A stretch of 58,316 nucleotides of DNA, counting the filler, from Catajapyx aquilonaris (taxonomy: Eukaryota): NCBI GenBank assembly GCA_000934665.2. It is 3 parts of 3 records of this genome, joined end to end, with 100 filler letters (N's around TTAATTAATTAA, not from the genome) between each part and the next. Parts side by side here need not be neighbours in the genome. Positions count along the whole stretch, not along the records: positions 38,869 to 58,316 come from JYFJ02006489.1; 2 more parts are not named here. One strand, given 5' to 3'. Shown here piece by piece: positions 48,263 to 58,316 of this stretch (its first letter is position 1; each line of letters starts with the position of its first letter). The translations under genes were made by a program, and so were the position numbers. Below the pieces are notes generated by a model, which was given only the letters and a program-made list of their open reading frames with translations, made no database searches and was not told where the DNA came from.

Positions 48263-50793
48263 TATGAGCACAAATTAAACTTTTGGGCCTCCAAACCTCT
48301 TATAATTATACGCATGCCTTAGTATACACCGATTGGTGCGCAAAAATGCGCCGCGAAGTCCTGAGTTCAATGTATAGGAAAGAAGAACATGTTCTGGATT
48401 AGCACTTCAGAAACAAGTGCTACAAAGTGAGCATCGACAAGTGATTGCCATGATTGTTACTTCCTTCCTTCCTTCCAACAGGTTGCTGCCATTTGAACAT
48501 ATTATTGAGGCCAGAGAAAAGGAATGGTCATTTTTGAGTTAAGAGTTACCTAAGGAACATGGGCATAGCGATGAATTTCCATGAACAAATTATCGTGTTG
48601 CATCATAGTGTAATAAGGATGAAGAGCGGTCGCACTTAGTGCTGTGTCCAGCAGGGCTGTACTCTACAGGGGTAAAGCAAGCCTACATTGGGAGATATAT
48701 GCTATTATTTATTGACTATTCATATGCTGATTGCATTGTAGGTATAATCGTAGCACGTTAAGAAGAACGTTGAGCAATAAGCATTCTACTACTATATTTT
48801 AACCTGGAAAATTGCATCCAGGCATGAATCACTTTTTATCAATATGTCTATAAAGATGTTAACAAGTCCTGTAGCTTTAATCGGAGAAATCTTGAAATAA
48901 AAAATATTCTAGAAAATTTTAATTACTGTACTCACCTTTTTTCTTAGCGTCTTACAGCTGCAGATATGTGCAGATATGCAGATATGTGATTCTAAGATGC
49001 AATTGTCTGGCCTGAGGAATAGGGAGCATGGTGAGTTAGGAAATAAAATTCAAAAAAGAAACGGGTAGGGATTTTTTTGTTATTGTTAGAGTGCTGATGT
49101 CTATCTTGAAAATTTGCTTATTTCCTGGTTAATAATTCCTGGTTAAGGAAATAAGCAAGTAGTACATCACACAACTGTCTTGACAGCTTATTGCGCAATA
49201 CATTTTTACTACATTTCGCGGGGTGAGAATTATTATCAAGGTTGTAACTGCAATGAACAGCCAATGTATAGTTACCATCTTGTAATAATTTTCACCCCGC
49301 GATTTATTCTTATAAATGGGTAACCTACATGCCCAGGGTGGTGCACTTTTCCCAGTTCCCACTTCTGGAGAGAAGGTGCCGAATGAATTGCTTAAAGCAT
49401 GGTTGAAGTGATTGGAATCAACAGTATGGGGCTACTTACATTTTTGTCGTGATCTGTTTCTCACTGGTTTCGGAACCTCAAAGGAGGCAATGCTCTTGAC
49501 GACAAGCACTGTCACTTGGTGGTAACCACTACTCAGAAGAGGGACAGAAACAATCCTCTGCCTACGCAGCTACAAATATTTTCCTCCCAAAACCACCCCC
49601 TCCGTCCACTTTTCTTTAGGCTTTTCAGAATGTTGGTAACTGACATACCATCCAAGGAATAAATGAGCCATGTTTCAGTCATGGTTTCAGTCTTCTATAC
49701 CTCGTTGGGAAGTTGTAGAAATTTAACAGACAAGCAGATACTACACGATTGTTGTATTATAGACTGACACTGAATATAGCCAAGAGCTCTTGACTATATC
49801 CATTCCGGACACTTTATTTAGAGAAATATACGCTTCATTTTTTTTTAAATATCTTTCTTCACATATGTAGAATACAACCGACAAGAATTTTTTATGTGTT
49901 CATTGGTTTTCGCTATAGGACTGACTGTGGGGGGTTATCTGAATTTATTTATTTATCTTGAGGTGCTCTTTGGTATAATTTTCGCGCACATGCGTTCATT
50001 CAAATGCAGTTTTCTTTCTGAAATGGAAAATTACTATGCTTACATATTTTTCAATGTCAAGGGAAAGCTATGAGCTACAACATATTTAAAATTCGTATTT
50101 TTAAATTGGGAGGTCAATTTAAAAGAAAATATCTGAAATTTCATAAGGAACCAAATTTCCCAAAAGGTCGAAACCCGTATTTCTATTGGTCTCTCGAATA
50201 CGTTCAAATAGAGTGGTTGACAGTGTCAATCGGTTCACGAGATATGACCGATTTTTGAAACGGTAATTTCCGAAGAGGCGGTTTTTTCGGGTGGGCGTAT
50301 CTCCGGAACGGGGGAGTAAATCTCAAAACCGTGCAAATCGTATTCTTATGGCACGTAATTGAACCGATGCACCGAATTTCGTCGTGATCTGATAACCCAT
50401 GGGTCAGTTCTCCTTAAAAGCTCGGTGAGTTGACATGGAATGACCCTACACTCCTGCAGTATATCTTGGATTACGGTTTAATTTTTATACGACGTTTTGT
50501 GCCCCCCCCCTCCCCACTCCCCCGCGCTACGCCACTGTAAGTATTATAGGCCCTACTCAGCATATTTTTCTTCCAAAACACCCCATCCGTCCACTTTTGT
50601 AGCTTTTCACAATGTTGGGCACACATAATCATTTTGCGACTGCTTTCAACTTCTACCTCGACTGAAATAAAGTTGGAGAAAAACAGACTGACAGACATTA
50701 CATGGGTATTATATTTACAGGAATATAACATAACATATATACACATTAACCTGACTATTATAATGTCACGTATGACTATTACGCGTACTGCTC

Positions 50794-53379
50794 TCACTGT
50801 GTGTGAGAAGAGATTGCATAATTAACCATTTTCTCCGCCATGTAGTCCGATATAAAATTAGGTATGAACCCTGCAGTAAACATCACTGTTTTATCGATAA
50901 CTCCTCCAGATATGTAGTTTGTAGCAGGATAGGAGGCAATGACAGCGTCTGCAATGGAATCCACTACTTCGCTGATGTCTGACGTCTGGGAAATAAAAAT
51001 GGACGAATAAATTTTCACCATGTCGTTTCCATATAATAAATCGATTACTTATTGTCCTGCCCTCCAGATTCAACCGCAGGAATGTAGTTGAAATGAGACG
51101 TTTTTATTATAAGGGTCATTCAGATGAAAATGCGCCACTGTCATTCCGGAGGGGTTTCTCGCGACATCTTTTACACAAAACGAAGCCCTTACCGGTGCAC
51201 CGGTACGGGCTTCGTTTTGTGTAAAAGATGTCGCGAGAAACCCCTCCCGGAAATATTCCTATATATATGACCGTGGCTCGTTTTCATCTGAACGATGACC
51301 CTCTGTAGCCTATCTATCATTAACACCATATAGATTTAATATCTATGATTAATACATTATTAGAAATGTGGAGATTATCACTTACAGAAATTCTGGCTAT
51401 AAATTTCACCATTGCATTGGTGGTATTTTCTTCGGCTGTATGAGGACATTTTCTCTCATCAGTTAATCCAGCCGGATAGATATTTGTGCCTGAAATAAAG
51501 GACCGGATTCCGACTGGAGCATACAAGTGAGAAGATACACAGTATAGGGCTATAACGTGCAAGTGTAATATGAATTTTACACCTTTTATACTATAACAAG
51601 GAAGTTCTCCAATAATAAGGGAAATCCCACCAGGATCCGGACATACAGTCATCAAAAATCTATAACGATATATACGAGCTACATGTCATCAATTTTCTGA
51701 ATCTAATCATCTGCGGGGAACTTCATTAAAGAAAATAAAAGACTACTAATTTGTGACATACCATTGCACTGCTCAAGTCGCCAGTTCAAGCTAATAGAGG
51801 AGAATATCATTTGACATGATATGAATAATAATAAATTATTGTTGATAGCAGTGAAGCAAATAATTTGGCTAGTCAACATTCACTTGTTGTGGTGGCTGCT
51901 TCTAGCGAAACTGATTGTTGAAGTAATTTAAAAATCTGTAACTTTCTCCCCACACCAATTGTGAACTGTGGACTTGGGTAGTAGTCTACACCACCATCGA
52001 TACATGCAGTTTCTTCAGGGCATATTATGCATTGTAATAATTGTATGCATCTAACAGATTAAAGAATCCGTAAATACTAAACAAGTTGTAAAATAACGGT
52101 GTTCATGCACCCTTTCCGATTATTGATTAACTTAATTAGTTTGGAGTAGGAATTTAGGCAATTTAAATGTAACATGTCAGTGATGTCACAAACGAAGCTG
52201 CAAATAATTGAGGCTGAAATCCGGACGGAAGGACGTGGCAACAACAACAAAAAAAGCTGTGTCAACTCAATACAGGTTGTAAAAGATGCTGAATCAACTG
52301 ATGTTCGCTATAGGAATACCTGCCATATAGTTCCCAGGATCGATGGTAATCACACGGATCCCCTTCGGCGAGAGTTCCTGTCTGATGCACCCGGAGAAAC
52401 CCTTCAGAGCCCACTTGGACGAAAAGTACGCCGAATAAAGGAAGTGTCCGATGTAGCTTCCAATACTGCAGACGTTGACAATACGTCCTGTATAATATAT
52501 TGAAAACTCATGGCAAGAATATATTTAGACTGACACAATAAACACAATCGGAGTCTTGCACTATAATATTAAACGTACCATGGCCTTTTTTAAGCAAAGG
52601 AAGAAACTCCTTCGTCATTCTGATTTGCCCATAAAAGTTGACAGACATGATTTTTTCATATGTTTCCATGGGCGAGCGTTCAACTGTTCCGATTTCACTT
52701 ACGCCTGCATTGTTGATCAAGGCCCACAGACCTGCGTAAAATAATAATGGGATAATGGGGCATAGAAGATCATACTCTATCATTACATGCATTATATAGG
52801 ATTGTCATGCAGGTCACATTACGTATTGTTTCCTTCTAGTCAGGTAAACTGGTAAAAAGTCTATAAACAAAAGTCTTATACTGTAAGATAATTATAGTGT
52901 ATATGCACAATTATTTTGAAGTGCTGTTGGCAATAGCTTGTACAATTTATTATATGTTATAACCTGCAACATTTTCTCAGTATGGTACTGTACAGTAGGC
53001 CTACATTACCGGTACCTTCGGAATCTGGAGGCAGATGATTAGTCACATATTTGACTGCAAGCTTCACGCTTTCCTCTGACGTCACATCCAGCTCGATGAC
53101 GTGCAATCTCGCAGACTTCATGTCTCGAAGTTTGGCCGAATCACCACCCTCTTTTTGTAGCGATCGAAACCCAGCAAACACAGTGAACCCCTACGTCAAA
53201 ACACTAATTGTAATTATCCTTGTACAAGAATAATGAAAGTATATTGTGCTCAGCAAGATACTTGCAAGTGCATGTAGTTTGTATGCTGCAGCATTTCCAA
53301 ATCCTGAACCGCAGCCTGAGATAAGTACTGCTCTTCCCTTCGGATCAAGCTGTACAGAGTAGACACATGCGAATTAAAC

Positions 53380-53454
<75 letters not shown>

Positions 53455-53461
53455 CAACAAC

Positions 53462-53530
<69 letters not shown>

Positions 53531-53716
53531 CTTTCTCGATCTCAAGCACCAAATCCAGCAGAAGAAAGTGACCGGTAGCAAAATAATGTGGCTGAAGGCC
53601 GTGCAGAGTACGTTGCAATGTAATACAACACGCAGACACAAGATTTCCGCCAATAGAATAGCTACGAAGGTCCTTATGGCCTTCCTTATATCATTGTAGT
53701 CGGGAAAAAAAACCAT
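50794..53716 (-). CDS. Short-chain dehydrogenase/reductase, SDR9C (RDH16/BDH1/17-beta-HSD-like), copy A, 7 exons, 353 aa
   Basis: Exons 53716-53531, 53349-53266 (GC donor), 53190-53016, 52731-52579, 52487-52320, 51489-51386, 50985-50794; 1062 nt in frame. Motifs ISGCGSGFG, GFTVFAG, LDVT, GLWALINNAG, GRIVNVCS, YFSSK, IDPGNY. A 5'-UTR exon donor is likely near 54712. Confidence 0.87.
51112..51302. mobile_element. Hairpin MITE in SDR-A intron 6
   Basis: AGGGTCATTCAGATGAAAA ... TTTTCATCTGAACGATGACCCT; near-perfect core palindrome centred on ACCGGTGCACCGGT. Confidence 0.8.
53380..53529 (+). repeat. (AAT)n/(AAC)n microsatellite in SDR-A intron 1
   Basis: Abuts the donor GT; interrupted by a few AAC units. 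Confidence 0.95.
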
Positions 53717-53782
53717 TTTCTGAAAAGCCTGTGAAGATATTATGTGAGACCACATTACAACAAAAACGTGGCGGACGTAATT

Positions 53783-53821
<39 letters not shown>

Positions 53822-54776
53822 CGTGACAATCATATCGGGGGGGGGGGNGGGGGTGCATTTGTCAAATCTCTGGATAAAAAATTTTCCACCAGTGAAAAAC
53901 CTTGTCCACTTGCGATATCTCTCATTCCAGAAATTACAACTATCAGGCGAAATTGGGCCACAATTTGGTTTCGAGTAACAGTGGAATGTGGAAAGCTCTC
54001 TTCTCCGTACATTCTAACACACTCCAACTTCTCTTTTAAAGCATGAGATAGTGATGGAATGAATAATCCATCGTTTTATCCATTGTCTCATTATTGAAAA
54101 TGTCAGTATTGTTTTCCATTGAACCAAAGAAGTTAGTGTCTTGGTGGCTAAGAGCCCGGATTAATGGTGTGATAGTGTTGGCCACACGAAGGGTTGGCGT
54201 ATAGGGCCGTAGGCTCTATGGTAAAGCACGGAATGTGTGAGGGGGAAAGACGTCATGCGGTGCGAGGGAAAAAAACTGGGAAAAGGCAGTCTCAAATAGG
54301 AAAATTGTTACGCAATCAAATATATGCTGGCTCAAAATCAGATGATATAAGTTGATAGACTTTACAATCACAACAGTATAAGAGTAATATTTTTCCAGTA
54401 AAGGGTGGTGATGCACTGTCCAAGTACATAGTTCAGTAAGGAGATAGAGGAGTATAAGTTGTGGATTGTTCACTTCAGAAACGGGTTTTTCAATGCCACG
54501 CAGAGAACCTCTCGAATTATTATTCATGGTAAAAGTAATCAGTAACGAGTCAGTAACTGAAGCTGCGGATGGCTATAGTAATTCAACCTACTGTAATATT
54601 GTCTAGGATACTGTTCTAGAAATCAAGAGCAATCAATAAACTTGAATCGCCTTGCATTTGTAATCAAGAAATGAATAGTTATTCGAGGAGATTTCAATAT
54701 GTATTACACTTACCTTTCTTATTAGTCTGTCCAGACTTACACCTGCAGTTATACAGTATGTCTGTTATTATTCTAA

Positions 54777-54987
54777 GGTCCTGTTCACACGTGGCCACTT
54801 TTGTATAGTGGCAGCAACTGGCCACAGCAACTGACCACTTTTGGAAATAACTTACACAGGATTGAATGAGAGCATTCACACGTGGCCACACCGGGCCACA
54901 CTCTCATTCAATCCGGTGTATTTCCAAGAGTGGTCAGTTGTTGTGGCCTGTTGCTGCCACTAAAAGTGGCCACGTGTGAATCGGGCC
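54777..54987. mobile_element. PIF/Harbinger-type hairpin MITE upstream of SDR-A
   Basis: TAA|GGTCCTGTTCACAC ... GTGTGAATCGGGCC|TAA; same insertion as 43485-43713. Confidence 0.85.
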
Positions 54988-55239
54988 TAAGATGTAACTA
55001 CCTGGCCTAAGGAATACGGAGTGGTGAGCTAGGAAATAAAATTGAAAAAAAACTCCAAGTGAGTAAGACCTTTTTTGCCGCCTCACTTTCATGATGCTGT
55101 TATAGTGCTGATGTTGTAAAAAATGAAAATGTGCATGTTTCTTAAATTACCCTTTGACGTAGTCTATCACATAACATGGCAGCCTTCTTGAGCAACATGT
55201 GAATATACATCATACATAACACACACACACATATACACA

Positions 55240-55600
55240 CACTCTTGTCTTGACTAAGGCGTGGGGACGGACATTGATCACTTTTCACTGCGAGTGTAAA
55301 CTGATCTAACCTAACCTAACCTAACCTAACCTAACCTAACCTAACCTAACCTACCCTATCCTACCTAACCTACCCTACCCTAAGTAACCTAGGCTGAGAA
55401 AAATTGACTTTTGTGAAACCCTACAAATGAAAATAGTGGGGACATGTCCCCACTAATTTACACATGTCCCCACTGTAATGGTACACTTCGCGTGTGTGAG
55501 ACTGTGGGGACCGACAAATGTCCCCACAATTGGAACTGGTCCCCACAGCTACAGTAAAACCACAGACTTCCGTCCCCAGACCTTAGTCAAGACCTGATCA
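55240..55600 (-). mobile_element. TTAGG element family 1, inverted copy
   Basis: Reverse complement of 39754-40094 with a longer (CCTAA)n run; preceded by (CA)n. Confidence 0.85.
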
Positions 55601-55892
55601 GGGTGGTCCAACTTTTTTGTCCGAACAGCTATTGACAAATTCGGCCTAAGCTGCTTATGTTGTAGTGCGTTACCTGGCAACTCCGTCCGACGGGCCAATT
55701 CAAACACGAGCATGTGCAGAGTGCTTCCATTGTTGCCACTGTTTGCCAACAATGGCAACAATGGAAGCACTCTCCATATGCTGATGTTTGAATTGGCCCG
55801 TCGGACGGAGTTGCCAGGTAACGCACTACAACATAAGCAGCTTAGGCCGAATTTGTCAATAGCTGTTCGGACAAAAAAGTTGGACCACCCTG
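55599..55892. mobile_element. Near-perfect palindromic Tc1/mariner-type MITE
   Basis: CAGGGTGGTCCAACTTTTTTGTCCG ... CGGACAAAAAAGTTGGACCACCCTG|TA; arms ~145 bp with almost no loop. Confidence 0.88.
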
Positions 55893-55897
55893 TATAT

Positions 55898-56656
55898 GGG
55901 TGATTCTCCAAAAACTTACCATTTTCAAAGCAAAAATTAATGAATTTCAAAACTTGTTTTAAAAAGCTGGGAAAATTCTCACTTACTCTATATGAGGTCA
56001 CAAATCAGGGAAAAATATGGAGAACTAATTCTGATATTCTAAAATGGGGGAAACCTTCCGAAATTGATTTTGCAGTTAACCAAAATTATTTTTATTGGAA
56101 GTTGTTCCTCACAATATTATATCAAAAAGTGAAACTCAGTTTTTAAATATCTGTCCCCAAAGTAGTGAAAACCTGGGCTCAAAAGTCGAGAATTTGGAAT
56201 ATTGTTGCACTTGAAATGACCACAGTAGGGACTAAAAAGTTGCCGGAATTTTAATATTAATTTTTCAGACACTAGTTGAGTTGAGTCGCATCTTGTTCAA
56301 GAACGATAATTTTGTTAAAATTTTAACTGCGCGCAACAGTGTAATGTTCCATTTGCAGTGTTGCCACATTGTGCAAGTAGCATTTATTTTTATTAAATAA
56401 TACTTTTTGTGAACAATATGCGATTCAAAATATTAGACATCCGCCACTAGCGTCTGAAAAATTAATATTAAAATTCCGGAAGCTTTTTAATGCCTACTGT
56501 TGCCATTTCAAGTACAATAAATTGGAAACTTTCTACTTTTCAGCCCAGATGTTCACGACTTGGGGGACAGATATTTAAAAATTGAGTTTCACTTTTTGAT
56601 CTAATATTATGAGGAACAACTTCCAATAAAAATTATTGCGGTTAACTGTAAAATCC
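55898..56656. mobile_element. Truncated long foldback element
   Basis: Left end GGGTGATTC; imperfect inverted arms ~56068-56300 vs ~56410-56656. Confidence 0.6.
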
Positions 56657-57329
56657 TGGCAGGGATCCTGTTAGCCACCAGGAGAGTGACTATGGAGATG
56701 CCATGGAATCACAGTTATTTCAAAACATTTAAGCTATTTTGTGACATAGAAAAATGAGCCAGGAGTGGGAGTGCAGAATGTGCCACATAACTGAATTTTA
56801 AACGCCTTAATTTTTTTAACCCACTAGAAGACGTACCCCTTCCACATCAATCTGCAGTTAAGGTAGTTCTTGCGCTAAGACGAAATGGTGGCAGAGAATT
56901 TAAAATTACACCAGTTGTTCCCTGTTATGTGACTAATGAGCCTGTAAAATATAAAGGACTTCTACTAAATACTTTCGGAGATATTCATCTCTGAACTTGA
57001 GGTCTTATACATGGCGGCTTATGGAGAGGGGCATCCAGGAACCTATATTTCCCGCCGTAGATCCCGTGAAAATGGTGCCACGATCACAAAAAACTAATCA
57101 CTGTGTAGCCACATTCGTACCAAATTATTTTGTCACAAGAAACCAATACGTCACCAGGCCCGTTCTTCCACAATCCCTTCAAAACTGCGGGGTAGTCACG
57201 GCTCCCAGCGATGACTTGGCAACGCAGCTACAACAATATAGTAGGGGGCGCGAGTTTTGAAAGTTCCAGGCATCGCGCTGAGCTCGTTTTAAGAGTATAA
57301 AATTAATATATAGGGCTCGTTTTACGATA

Positions 57330-57515
57330 TAGGGATGTGCAAGAGTTAAAAGGGGCAATAATAATAATTTTAATAATATATTTTAATAACAATAACAATA
57401 ACAATAATTTTATTAAAATATCGATATACTGTAATATCGATAGTTGGGCTAACTATCGAGTACTCGATATATCGCTGGGGGGAAATATCGATACATCGAA
57501 ACATCGATACGTTGT
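57330..57515 (+). mobile_element. hAT-like terminal region
   Basis: TAGGGATGTG start followed by clustered ATCGAT subterminal repeats; partner end not identified. Confidence 0.4.
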
Positions 57516-58316
57516 TGATCAGGCCTGCCAACGTGTGCAACGTTGCCGGATTTGCCGCGCTTTTTCCGGTATTTGGAACAGCCATATTTCTGCTCTTCTA
57601 CGGGACAAAAGTGCACGGGGGAATTATTATCCCCCAAATAAATGTTCACGTTACGTATCCGACGCGAAACACGTGCTCAAAACTCTGTTTCAGAGAAATA
57701 CTAGCAGAAATGTCTTACAATCGCAGAAGTTGGTATTGGCCAGCTCGCCCCATGTATAAACATAGGCTCAACACCCCTCCCCCTTCCCCTCCGTTTCTAA
57801 GCGCAAGAACTACCTTAAGTCAAGGTGTCATGGAGAAGCAGTGTTGCCAAATAACTAAGTAAAAAATCCATTTGTTTCACTGCAAATTGTAAAATAATAT
57901 CCTGAATTCCTGATCCAGGAGACTAACATGAAAACTCGGGACACACTTTGGAGTGATGCAGCAAGGTCACGTGAAATTAATAAATCGTTTTAAAAATGTT
58001 GTTTTATACCTTCAACTATGTGCAATTTAATTATAGTACTGAAACTTGTCTAATGTTATTCATAAAATTGTAAGAAAATATTGCATGCTTTAAAATGAGA
58101 TCGGGACATGCCAAGAATAGTGATTTTAACCCCTTAGACATTTTTTGCAGTAAAACTAAATTTAATTTTTTTCTTTGTTTTCATGGGGATGGCTAGGTGT
58201 CAACTGCTTCTCCAAATGTTTAAGGTGGAAATGAAGCTAGAGTCACTCAATGAGAATTTTATGAAAAAAACATATGTTACGCAGTTTTGTGTCCTCTTAT
58301 CAATGGTGCAAAGAAA

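Noticed and set aside
53345..53755. Poly-Ile / poly-Tyr ORFs (also 42380-42853, 42534-42731)
   Set aside because: Translation of intronic (AAT)n microsatellites; only the exon-1 part is coding.

Overview
Eukaryotic (most likely arthropod) genomic DNA in three contigs joined by two artificial 100-nt N/TTAATTAATTAA linkers (19372-19471, 38769-38868). Contig 1 (1-19371) is repeat-rich with no recognisable intact gene. It holds a tRNA-headed SINE, two 5'-truncated RTE-X-like LINE insertions (one split by a nested 1.6-kb DNA element) and degenerate local duplications. Contig 2 carries a + strand golgin gene, TRIP11/GMAP-210: 18 phase-consistent exons (21704-37513, about 1240 aa, N-terminus unresolved), with MITEs, a piggyBac derivative and a mariner relic in its introns. 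Contig 3 carries a - strand tandem array of membrane-anchored SDR9C-type short-chain dehydrogenases: one complete 353-aa gene with a GC donor, one copy visible only to exon 5, and a deleted and frameshifted middle copy. It is densely populated by palindromic (foldback) elements and TTAGG-containing, microsatellite-flanked elements. I found no clearly new gene system. The best leads are the TTAGG/microsatellite elements paired with CAGGGTG MITEs on either side of the SDR array, the transposase-derived foldbacks, and the shared SINE tail. All calls come from manual reading; no database searches were run.
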